A DNA stretch of 32,000 nucleotides, from NCBI GenBank assembly GCA_900553985.1, contig USFW01000009.1:11866-43865 (forward strand), read 5' to 3'. Shown here piece by piece: positions 18,745 to 26,639 of the stretch. A model generated the notes under the pieces. That model searched no databases and had not been told where the DNA came from. It saw only the letters and a list, made by a program, of their open reading frames with translations. Source of the DNA: an uncultured Clostridium sp. GTDB lineage: Bacteria > Bacillota > Clostridia > TANB77 > CAG-508. The stretch's first letter is position 1. Every line of letters starts with the position of its first letter. The translations under genes and the position numbers were made by a program.

Positions 18745-19474
18745 AAGTTATAATCCAACCTCCATTAATTGAAATAACTTGTCCAGTTGTAAAACTATCC
18801 TCTATTAGCCACTTGACACATTTGGCAATATCTTCTACTTTTCCAATTTTCTGAAGAGGTGTTTCTTCTTTTATATAATTTATTTCTTCTTTAGTTAATT
18901 CTTTATTCATATCTGTATCTATTAAGCCCGGTGCAATAGAGTTTACTCTTATATTTGAAGGTCCTACTTCTTTGGCTAATGCTTTTGTTAATCCATCAAG
19001 TCCTGCTTTGGTTATTGAATACATAATTTCTTGTGAAGCTCCTACTATTCCCCATATTGACGATATATTTATTATATTTCCTTCTTTATTATGTATCATA
19101 TTTGGTAAAACTTCTTGGCACATGCAAAATGCTGAATATAAATTTGTATTAATTAAATTATTCCAATCATCATCTGTTACTTCTGTTATTAATTGGCATT
19201 TATCTATTCCTGCATTATTAATTAAAATATCAATTTTTTTATATTTTTCGAGTACAAAGTTTACTAATTTTTTGCATTCTTCTCTTTTTGATACATCTGC
19301 TTTTAAAATGTCAATTTCAATATTTTCATTTTTTAATTCTTCCCTTAAAGCTTCTGCTTCTTTTTGTGATTTATTGTAATTTGCTATTACTTTTAATCCA
19401 TTTTGTGCTAATGTTTTTGCAATTTCTCTTCCTATTCCTCTTGATGCTCCTGTTATTATTACAACTTTGTTCAT
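18743..19474 (-). CDS. short-chain dehydrogenase/reductase (FabG-like 3-oxoacyl reductase family)
   Basis: 243 aa. TGASRGIG cofactor motif, NNAG, and the catalytic S...YSITKAGL (YxxxK) motif. Confidence 0.85.
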   Translation of the reverse strand: MNKVVIITGASRGIGREIAKTLAQNGLKVIANYNKSQKEAEALREELKNENIEIDILKADVSKREECKKLVNFVLEKYKKIDILINNAGIDKCQLITEVTDDDWNNLINTNLYSAFCMCQEVLPNMIHNKEGNIINISSIWGIVGASQEIMYSITKAGLDGLTKALAKEVGPSNIRVNSIAPGLIDTDMNKELTKEEINYIKEETPLQKIGKVEDIAKCVKWLIEDSFTTGQVISINGGWIIT

Positions 19475-19671
19475 CTCTTTTATTCCTTTACTTTTATTTT
19501 TATTTATTCCAGTTTTAAATGTTTATTTATTATTCTGTTTTAATTTGGTCTAATTCGCCAAAATTAAAACTAGCATTATGCAGTTGTTTAATATAATCAT
19601 TTTCGTAATTTTCTTATTCCATAAAAAAAGCCATTAATTAAGAGTTTTCTCAAAACTAATGACCTTTATTA

Positions 19672-19748
19672 TGGAGCCACTTATCCGATTCGAACGGATG
19701 ACCCTCGCATTACAAGTGCGATGCTCTGGCCAACTGAGCTAAAGTGGC
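19672..19748 (-). tRNA. tRNA-Thr (anticodon TGT)
   Basis: Cloverleaf on the reverse complement. Acceptor GCCACTT/AAGTGGC, anticodon arm TCGCA-CTTGTAA-TGCGA, T arm ATCCG-TTCGAAT-CGGAT, CCA encoded. Confidence 0.9.
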
Positions 19749-19753
19749 AAAAT

Positions 19754-19828
19754 TGGTGACCCCTACGGGAATCGAACCCATGTCTCCGCCGTGAAAGGGC
19801 GGTGTCTTAACCGCTTGACCAAGGGGCC
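19754..19828 (-). tRNA. tRNA-Glu (anticodon TTC)
   Basis: Reverse complement GGCCCCTTGGTCAAGCGGTTAAGAC..., anticodon arm CCGCC-CTTTCAC-GGCGG, T loop TTCGATT, CCA encoded. Confidence 0.9.
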
Positions 19829-19872
19829 TAATATACAAAGAACTAAATAAGCTCTCGTTTATTTAGTTCTTT

Positions 19873-19948
19873 TGGTGAGCTATCCGCGACTCGAACGCGG
19901 GACAACTTGATTAAAAGTCAAGTGCTCTACCACCTGAGCTAATAGCCC
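19873..19948 (-). tRNA. tRNA-Lys (anticodon TTT)
   Basis: Reverse complement GGGCTATTAGCTCAGGTGGTAGAGC, anticodon arm CTTGA-CTTTTAA-TCAAG, T arm CCGCG-TTCGAGT-CGCGG, CCA encoded. Confidence 0.9.
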
Positions 19949-19978
19949 ATTTCTTTGTTGCATTCGTAATGCTTATTT

Positions 19979-20007
19979 ATATTACAATATTTTTTTTAGT
20001 TTGTCAA
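19979..20007 (-). promoter_or_regulatory. sigma-A promoter for the tRNA-Lys/Glu/Thr operon
   Basis: Minus strand TTGACA (20007-20002), 17 nt ending in TG, TAATAT (19984-19979). It lies about 30 nt upstream of the tRNA-Lys(TTT) 5' end. Confidence 0.6.
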
Positions 20008-20221
20008 TACATTTTTTAAAATTTTTTAATTTTTTTATCGTTTTTTTCTTTTTCCGACAAAAAACGTGAATTTTTCGGGCTTTTTGCTAATACTAAATTT
20101 ATTTTGTTGTTTGTTTTTTATTTGTTTTTTCACAATAAATATATTATTTTATTTTTTCTAAAAATTATATAATGAATTCTTAAAAATTATTTTTAAATAT
20201 TGTAATTTTATTATTAGAATC

Positions 20222-20277
20222 TATAATTATGTAATGAGTTAAATGATTATATTTCTATTACTCATTACATAATTATA
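20222..20277. repeat. perfect 18-bp inverted repeat with 20-nt spacer
   Basis: TATAATTATGTAATGAGT (20222-20239) and ACTCATTACATAATTATA (20260-20277). Confidence 0.9.
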
Positions 20278-20355
20278 AAAACATTTACTCTTTAATTTAA
20301 TAGTTTTACATTATAAGTAAATACATTTAATATATTTTTTCCTTATTAATTAAAA

Positions 20356-20541
20356 TTATGCATTTAGTTTCTCTAATACTTCTTCAACATCTATTCCATG
20401 TACTGCACAAGCTTCTTCTAATGTTTCCATTTGTGATGCTGGACATCCTAAGCAATGCATTCCTACATCTAATAATATTTCAGCTTTTTCTGGAGCTTTT
20501 TCTAATAATTCTCCTATTCTTGTATCTTTATTAAAATTCAT
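20356..20541 (-). CDS. DUF1858 / hybrid-cluster-protein-associated redox disulfide domain protein
   Basis: About 61 aa. The motif MHCLGCPAS..ETLEEAC..HGID is typical of this family. The ORF opens at 20553, but ATG 20541 is better spaced from AGGAAAGGA. Confidence 0.75.
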   Translation of the reverse strand: MNFNKDTRIGELLEKAPEKAEILLDVGMHCLGCPASQMETLEEACAVHGIDVEEVLEKLNA

Positions 20542-20692
20542 AATAAAACTCATTCCTTTCCTACTTTATTAAAAGGCATCAATAGCAATGAAAATTTTTT
20601 GTTTTCTTTCAAGCTAAAATTCCTTTTTTCTTTATACCATGCTAACTTATTTAGCAATTTTCATAATTTTAACATATTTTTCCTAAAAAGTA

Positions 20693-20721
20693 TAGACAAA
20701 ACTTAAAAAATATTGTATTAT
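20693..20721 (+). promoter_or_regulatory. candidate sigma-A promoter for the T4SS-like cluster
   Basis: TAGACA (20693-20698), 17 nt ending in TG, TATTAT (20716-20721). This would leave a leader of about 180 nt before the ATG at 20912. Confidence 0.3.
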
Positions 20722-20911
20722 GGTAAAAATTGTAAGGTGGTGATTTTATTTTCAACATTTTAAATCTTTATTTTATATCTTTTATTATTAATATTTTTAT
20801 TACTTTATATACATTATATACTTATTTCGATATAAAAATTTTTCATAATCAACAAGGTTCAAAATTAAAAATCAAAAAAAATTCATTTAATTAGGGAGGT
20901 ATTTTTCGTTT

Positions 20912-22627
20912 ATGTTAAAAAGGATATTTTTTTCTTTATTTATCCTTATTATATTTTCTTTTTTTGCTATTAAGCTTTTTTATCCATTATATATTGCTGA
21001 TGAAGTTATAATTCCTTATGCAATACATCCTTTTGATATTTGTTCTAAAAATCCAGATTTATGGAATTATATTAAAGTTACTTATATTTTTACATTTATT
21101 TTTTCTAATTTAGTTTTCAGTAATTTTATATATACTCGTTTTATTAAGAAAATATTTAAAACAGATTGTATAAGTAATGTTAAAAATCATAAAAAAATTC
21201 TTTCTAGTTCTTTATCTAATAACTCAAATCCTTCTAAATTAAACTTATTAATTGGTTTTGACTCTATCTCTAATTCTAATATCTATATTCCTGAGTCTGG
21301 ATTATATCAAAATTTTTTAATTACAGGGACTATTGGTTCTGGTAAAACTTCTAGTGCTATGTATCCTTTTACTAAACAATTAATTAAATATAATTTTTCT
21401 AATCCTTCTCGAAAGCTTGGAATGTTAATTCTTGATGTTAAAGGAAATTACTATAAACAAGTTTTAGAATATGTTAATAAATATAACTTATTCTCTGATT
21501 TAATTGTAATTAGCTTAAATTCTAACACTTTTTATAATCCTCTACATAAACCTAACTTAAAACCTCAAGTATTAGCAAATAGATTAAAAACTATTTTAAC
21601 TTTATTTTCAGAAAACAATTCTGAATCTTATTGGTTAGATAAAGCTGAAGCTATTTTATCTGAATGTATTAAGTTATGTAGGTTATATAATAATGGATAT
21701 GTTACATTTTTAGAACTTCATAAGTTAATTACTATACCAAATTATTATAAAGAAAAAATTTCAATATTAAAAGATTTATTTATTTCCTCAAAATTATCTC
21801 AAAAAGATATTTATGACTTAAATTCTAGTTTAGATTTTTTTCAGAAAGAATTTGATTTCCTTGACCAAAGAACAAAAGCTATTTTAATTTCAGAAATAAC
21901 TAGGATTACAAATACTTTTATTTCTGACTATGATGTAATGTCAACTTTCTGTCCCCCAATATCAAAGCTTTCATTTACTGGCTTTTCCCAAGTATTATCA
22001 ACTGGTAAAATTGTAGTTTTAAATATGAATATTTCTGAATATAGCTTACTTTCTAGAATAATTGCTACATATTTAAAATTAGATTTTCAAACAGAGGTAA
22101 TGTCAAATTTATCTAAAAATAAAGTATTTCCTTCTGCTTTTATCTGTGATGAATATGATAAATTTGCTTCAAAAACAGATAGTGAATTTTTTTCTCTTAG
22201 TAGAGAGGCAAAATGTATTAATATAGTAAGTACCCAAAGTTATTCTTCTTTGAAAACTACTATAAAAGATGAAGCTCATGTAAAAGTAATTACACAAAAT
22301 TTAATTAATAAAATTTGGTATAGAACTGATGATATTTTTACTATTGAAGAAGCTCAAAAACAATTAGGGAAAGAAGATAAAGAGAAATTTTCAAAAAGTA
22401 TTTCTGAAAGTGCAAAAGAAACTAAATTTAGTTATATTACAAATAGTTTAAATTCTGAAAACTCTAATATTTCTGAAACTTTTAGCACATATATGCAAAA
22501 TGATTATATTTTTGATACGAATTTTTTTACTCAAGAATTACAAACTTTTACTGCTCTAACTTTTTTATCTGATGGAAGTAAAATTTATACACCTTGCAAG
22601 TTAAATATGATTCCATATTTTAAGTAA
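20912..22627 (+). CDS. type IV coupling protein-like ATPase (VirD4/TraG/TraD family)
   Basis: 571 aa with two N-terminal TM helices. Walker A ITGTIGSGKTSS, LILDVKGNYY, FYNPL, Walker B AFICDEYDKF, then NIVSTQSYSSL. This has the look of the TraG-D_C / TraM-recognition region. Confidence 0.7.
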   Translation: MLKRIFFSLFILIIFSFFAIKLFYPLYIADEVIIPYAIHPFDICSKNPDLWNYIKVTYIFTFIFSNLVFSNFIYTRFIKKIFKTDCISNVKNHKKILSSSLSNNSNPSKLNLLIGFDSISNSNIYIPESGLYQNFLITGTIGSGKTSSAMYPFTKQLIKYNFSNPSRKLGMLILDVKGNYYKQVLEYVNKYNLFSDLIVISLNSNTFYNPLHKPNLKPQVLANRLKTILTLFSENNSESYWLDKAEAILSECIKLCRLYNNGYVTFLELHKLITIPNYYKEKISILKDLFISSKLSQKDIYDLNSSLDFFQKEFDFLDQRTKAILISEITRITNTFISDYDVMSTFCPPISKLSFTGFSQVLSTGKIVVLNMNISEYSLLSRIIATYLKLDFQTEVMSNLSKNKVFPSAFICDEYDKFASKTDSEFFSLSREAKCINIVSTQSYSSLKTTIKDEAHVKVITQNLINKIWYRTDDIFTIEEAQKQLGKEDKEKFSKSISESAKETKFSYITNSLNSENSNISETFSTYMQNDYIFDTNFFTQELQTFTALTFLSDGSKIYTPCKLNMIPYFK

Positions 22628-22647
22628 ATTAAAGGAGGTCTTAATTA

Positions 22648-22995
22648 ATGAAAAAACATTTATTTTTTAAAGATAAATTATCTATATTTTTATTTATTGT
22701 ATTTTTATCTTTTTTGTTTATTTTATCTTTAAATACTTTTTCTTTTGCTGCTGAGCCAAAGCTCGTAGGAAAAATCAATTCTGCTTTTGAGGAAATCGAA
22801 GGTTGGATTTTAAAAATATCTACCCCTGCCGCTGCTGTTGCTGTTGGTACAGGTATTTTTATGAAGAAATTTAGTTTTGGAGATGAAGAAAAAATTAGAA
22901 CTGGTAAAAAATTAATAAAAGGTTCTTTATTCTCATATGCATTTATCTTAGCTATTGATTTAATATTATCAGCAATTAAATCTTTAGTTGGTTAG
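22648..22995 (+). CDS. small secreted membrane protein with VirB2/TrbC-like (or Maff2-like) topology
   Basis: 115 aa. Signal peptide ending FSFAAEP, then two hydrophobic helices (TPAAAVAVGTGIF and LFSYAFILAIDLILSAI) separated by a charged loop. AAGGAGG RBS. Assigned by topology and context, not by a diagnostic motif. Confidence 0.45.
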   Translation: MKKHLFFKDKLSIFLFIVFLSFLFILSLNTFSFAAEPKLVGKINSAFEEIEGWILKISTPAAAVAVGTGIFMKKFSFGDEEKIRTGKKLIKGSLFSYAFILAIDLILSAIKSLVG

Positions 22996-23003
22996 GAGGT
23001 ATT

Positions 23004-23879
23004 TTGGAACAAAGTGAAAACATTACTCAAGTTATAATTGATACGATTAATACTATAATTGGAAATTTATTTAGTTCAATTGATAATAGTCTTTATTCTA
23101 TTTTAGATAAAATAACTTTTATAGATTCTTCTATTTTAAATAATAACAATTTTGAAAATATTTTTGGAAAATCTACTTCTGATGGAATTCTTTTAATTGC
23201 AAATTCTTTATTAATTGGATTTTTAATTTATTATTCTGCAAAATATTTGATGTCACATTTAGTTTATTCCAATATAGAAAGACCTTCCAGTTTTCTAATA
23301 AAATTAATTGTTTGTGGTATTTTTATGAATTGCTCTTTTTTTATTATGGATTTAATTATTTCTTTAAATTTTAATATTTCTTCAGCAATTTGTGATTTAG
23401 GATATTCTTTTTATCATAAGGATTTGAATTTTTCTGAGTTAATTAATATTATAAATGATACAATGTCAATAGATAAAGCTCCTATAAATATTTTTTCTCT
23501 TGATGGTCTTATAAAAGGAATATTAACTGTTTCATTGTTAAGTTTAGTTTTTTCTTATTCTTTAAGATATGTTATGCTAAAAGTTTTTATACTTCTTTCT
23601 CCTTTTGCTTTTCTTTCTTTAAGCATTTCTTCAACAAGCTGGTTTTTTAAATCTTGGTTTAAAAATATTTTTTCTTTATTATTTATTCAAATTATTGTTT
23701 CCTTAGTTTTGTTAGTTTTATTTTCTATGGATTTTTCTTCAACTAATTTATTTAATAAATTCATTTATATTGGTGGTATATATTTTTTAATAAGAGCAAA
23801 TTCTTTTGTAAGAGAATTTATAGGTGGAGTTTCCACAGATATTTCACAAAATGTGAAAAACTTTTTCAAAAATCATTAA
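23004..23879 (+). CDS. polytopic membrane protein, VirB6/TrbL-like by topology and context
   Basis: 291 aa, TTG start 4 nt after AGGAGG, at least five TM helices. Its position after the pilin-like gene matches VirB6-like genes of Gram-positive conjugation modules. Confidence 0.45.
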   Translation: MEQSENITQVIIDTINTIIGNLFSSIDNSLYSILDKITFIDSSILNNNNFENIFGKSTSDGILLIANSLLIGFLIYYSAKYLMSHLVYSNIERPSSFLIKLIVCGIFMNCSFFIMDLIISLNFNISSAICDLGYSFYHKDLNFSELINIINDTMSIDKAPINIFSLDGLIKGILTVSLLSLVFSYSLRYVMLKVFILLSPFAFLSLSISSTSWFFKSWFKNIFSLLFIQIIVSLVLLVLFSMDFSSTNLFNKFIYIGGIYFLIRANSFVREFIGGVSTDISQNVKNFFKNH

Positions 23880-23964
23880 AAAGATATTTTAAATTCTAAA
23901 AAATTTATCAACTGTAACTGCCATTGTAGATTTTTAGTAAATAAAGAAAGGAATTGATTTTTAT

Positions 23965-24246
23965 ATGAATTTTATTTTTCCACAAAATTATAACTTTAAA
24001 AATAAAATATTTGGAATTATTGATTATTCAACTGCAATTCTTAATGTTGGTTGGTTTTCTATTTTACTAATAATTGTTAATATTTTATTTAATGATATAA
24101 ATATAAAAATTTTTTTAATTATTATTTTTTATTTTCCTATTTTAATATTTAGTATTATAGGCTTTAATGGTGAAAATATTATTTATGTATTTATATATAT
24201 GTTTAAATTTATTAATAAACAAAAATTATATTTTTATAATAAATAA
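23965..24246 (+). CDS. small two-TM protein, PrgI/VirB3-like
   Basis: 93 aa. N-terminal FPQNYNFKNKIFGIIDYST followed by two TM helices resembles PrgI/TcpE-type proteins. Confidence 0.4.
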   Translation: MNFIFPQNYNFKNKIFGIIDYSTAILNVGWFSILLIIVNILFNDINIKIFLIIIFYFPILIFSIIGFNGENIIYVFIYMFKFINKQKLYFYNK

Positions 24247-24258
24247 TTTTATTATATC

Positions 24259-24287
24259 TTGAACTTTTTGTCTAAAAAAGATATAAT
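24259..24287 (+). promoter_or_regulatory. sigma-A promoter for the DnaD-domain/dnaI pair
   Basis: TTGAAC (24259-24264), exactly 17 nt, TATAAT (24282-24287). Confidence 0.5.
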
Positions 24288-24324
24288 TTGAATTACTAAT
24301 TTATATGAATAGAGGAGATTTATA

Positions 24325-25314
24325 ATGAAGCTAGAACAAAATGAAAAAACACTTTTATTTTCAGAAACTGTAATACCAGATATATTTTTTTCTGAGCATT
24401 TATCACAAATGCCTAGTGATTATTTAAAAATATATATGTATATGATTTTTCTTTCTAAATATGGTAAAGATATAAAATTAAATGATTTATCTAAAAAACT
24501 TAATATTCCTTTAAAAAATATTAGTGATGGAATTAAATATTTAGAGGAAAATAATTTAATAACAAAAAAATCTAATGGTTATATAATTTCTGATTTACAA
24601 GAGCTTACTCTTCATAATTTATATACTCCAAATTTAACAATCTCTAAAGAAAAAGTAGAAAAAACAGCAAAAAATAAATCTAGAGTTAAGGCTATTGAAC
24701 ATATTAATAATATGTATTTCCAAGGGATAATGGGTCCATCTTGGTATAATGATATTGATATTTGGTTTAGCAAATATCATTTTGATGAGCAAGTTATGAT
24801 TGCTTTATTTGATTATTGTTATAAAAGAAGTGCTTTACATAGAAATTATATTCAAACTGTTGCAGAAGCTTGGTCTTCTAATAAAGTTAAAACTTGGAAT
24901 GATTTAGATAAATATTATGAAAAACAAGAAATTTTAAATAAATATAAAAAAACTATTGCTAAAAAACTTGGAAAATATAATGGACTTACTCAATATGAAG
25001 AAGCATATATTGAAAATTGGGTTTTAAATTTTGGATATGATATGAGTATAATTGAACTTGCTTTAAAGAGAACTACTTTAAAACAAAATCCTACTTTTGA
25101 ATATATAAATACAGTTATAACAGACTGGCATGATAGAAATTTAAAAACTCCTTCTGAAATAACAGCTTTTATTGAACAAAGAAAAAAATTATCTAGAGAT
25201 ACAAAAGATTTACAAAAACAAGTAAATAAATCTAATTATGAGCAAAGACAATATGATAATTTAGACTTTTTATATGCTAATAATACTAATACTCCAAATC
25301 AAAATAATATATAA
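24325..25314 (+). CDS. DnaD-domain replication initiation/helicase-loading protein (B. subtilis DnaB-type: winged helix plus two DnaD-like domains)
   Basis: 329 aa with a GAGGAG RBS. N-terminal wHTH-like region, then two DnaD-type repeats ending YIQTVAEAW and YINTVITDW. Confidence 0.75.
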   Translation: MKLEQNEKTLLFSETVIPDIFFSEHLSQMPSDYLKIYMYMIFLSKYGKDIKLNDLSKKLNIPLKNISDGIKYLEENNLITKKSNGYIISDLQELTLHNLYTPNLTISKEKVEKTAKNKSRVKAIEHINNMYFQGIMGPSWYNDIDIWFSKYHFDEQVMIALFDYCYKRSALHRNYIQTVAEAWSSNKVKTWNDLDKYYEKQEILNKYKKTIAKKLGKYNGLTQYEEAYIENWVLNFGYDMSIIELALKRTTLKQNPTFEYINTVITDWHDRNLKTPSEITAFIEQRKKLSRDTKDLQKQVNKSNYEQRQYDNLDFLYANNTNTPNQNNI

Positions 25315-25397
25315 AGAAGGATAGTTTGAAAGAAAGCAAAAATCTTTCAGTACTATGTAATCCTTTTTAGTGAAGTAAGAAAGGAATGCATTTTATA

Positions 25398-26000
25398 ATG
25401 GCTAATGAAATTTTAAATTCTTTATTAAAAGAATACGATTATAAAAAATTGAAAGCAGAAATAGAACTTGATAACAGAAAAGAGAATTTATACAATAAAC
25501 TACCTAGATTAAAACAAATTGAAGATGAGTTAAATACATTTGCACTTCAAACAGCTAAAAATATTTTGCATAATGATAAATCTTCTTTATCAGATTTATA
25601 TGAAAAAATAGAAATTTTAAAAAAAGAAAAACAAAATATTTTGCAAGAAAATAATATAGATTTTAATTATTTAAAACCAAAATACGAATGTGAAATTTGT
25701 AAAGATACTGGTTATGTTATGACTGATAATTATAAATCTGAAATGTGTAGTTGTCTAAAACAAAAATTGTTGGATATTTCATTTAATAAATCTAATGTAT
25801 CAAATTTGTCAAATGAGAATTTTAATAATTTTAATGAAAATTTATTTTCTGATGAGATAAATATTGAGAAATATAAATTTAATATTTCTCCTAGAAATAA
25901 TATAATTCAAATTAAAAATAAATGTATAGAGTTTATTGATAATTTTGAAAATCCTAATTATCATAATTTACTTTTTGTAGGTAATACTGGTTTACGGTAA
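25398..26000 (+). CDS. dnaI: dnaI/dnaC-like helicase loader, N-terminal fragment (frameshifted inside Walker A)
   Basis: Zinc-ribbon-like CEICKDTGY...CSC as in DnaI N-domains. It ends ...NLLFVGNTGLR* at TAA 25998-26000. The ORF opens at 25386; ATG 25398 follows GAAAGGAA. Confidence 0.7.
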   Translation: MANEILNSLLKEYDYKKLKAEIELDNRKENLYNKLPRLKQIEDELNTFALQTAKNILHNDKSSLSDLYEKIEILKKEKQNILQENNIDFNYLKPKYECEICKDTGYVMTDNYKSEMCSCLKQKLLDISFNKSNVSNLSNENFNNFNENLFSDEINIEKYKFNISPRNNIIQIKNKCIEFIDNFENPNYHNLLFVGNTGLR

Positions 26001-26007
26001 GACTTTT

Positions 26008-26415
26008 ATGTCAAATTGTATTGCTGCTGAATTGATTAAAAATGGAAAAACCGTTTTATATCAAACAGCTCCTATTCTTCTTGAAAGCGTAATAGATTAC
26101 AAGATGAGTAAACAAAAAAATCCTTCTGAAAATATATATAAATCTGTCCTAGAAGCTGATTTATTAATAATAGATGATTTAGGTACAGAAAGTCTAAACA
26201 GTATGAAATTAAGTGAATTGTTTACTATTATTAATACAAGAATTTTAAATTTAAATAATAAAATAACTAAAACTATTATTTCTTCAAATCTAAATATTAA
26301 GGATATTTTTAGAAATTATGAAGAAAGAATTGGGTCTAGAATTGCAGGTTATTACGATATTTATTATTTTTTTGGAAATGATTTAAGATTTAATAAAGCT
26401 ACACGAACTATGTAA
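26008..26415 (+). CDS. dnaI: dnaI/dnaC-like helicase loader, C-terminal AAA+ fragment
   Basis: In the +1 frame from 25996 the sequence reads GKTFMSNCIAAELIKNGKTVLY...LLIIDDLGTE (Walker B)...IISSNL (sensor). Removing one base at 25994-25995 restores GNTG(L/F)GKT. Confidence 0.7.
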   Translation: MSNCIAAELIKNGKTVLYQTAPILLESVIDYKMSKQKNPSENIYKSVLEADLLIIDDLGTESLNSMKLSELFTIINTRILNLNNKITKTIISSNLNIKDIFRNYEERIGSRIAGYYDIYYFFGNDLRFNKATRTM

Positions 26416-26451
26416 GTATCACAATTTTATTTTTACTTTTATTTATAATAT

Positions 26452-26488
26452 AAAAAACTAAGAAATTTTATTTTCCTTAGTTTTTTTT
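26452..26488. terminator. bidirectional terminator between dnaI and gyrA
   Basis: AAAAAACTAAG (26452-26462) pairs with CTTAGTTTTTTTT (26476-26488). An A run precedes it and a T run follows. Confidence 0.6.
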
Positions 26489-26639
26489 ATATTATCTTTT
26501 AATATTTTAATAAAACTCTTTGATATTATTTATAAAATTATTATTGTTTATAAATATTTTAGTTTTAATATTTATAATATCATTTAAAATGTAATTTTTT
26601 GAGTACTATTTGAAATTTATTATATATTTATATTTATCT

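Noticed and set aside
20064-20095. Orphan terminator or small RNA 3' end at the bulged hairpin CCGACAAAAAACGTGAATTTTTCGG followed by GCTTTTTG
   Set aside because: No upstream plus-strand gene or promoter is evident, and the stem is short and bulged. I kept it only as a note within the gene-free-region finding.
20748-20894. 48-codon stop-free frame encoding a hydrophobic peptide (IFNILNLYFISFIINIFITLY...) in the leader of the T4CP-like gene, preceded by AAGGTGG
   Set aside because: It has no ATG, GTG or TTG; the only possible initiator is ATT. The composition is simply that of T-rich DNA, so it cannot be supported as a gene.
19672-26415. Interpretation of the T4SS-like and replication genes as an ICE or prophage integrated at the tRNA cluster
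   Set aside because: There is no integrase, relaxase or recognisable att direct repeat. The cluster lies on the 5' (promoter) side of the tRNAs rather than at a tRNA 3' end. The DnaD-domain/dnaI pair also looks like the core chromosomal loader operon.
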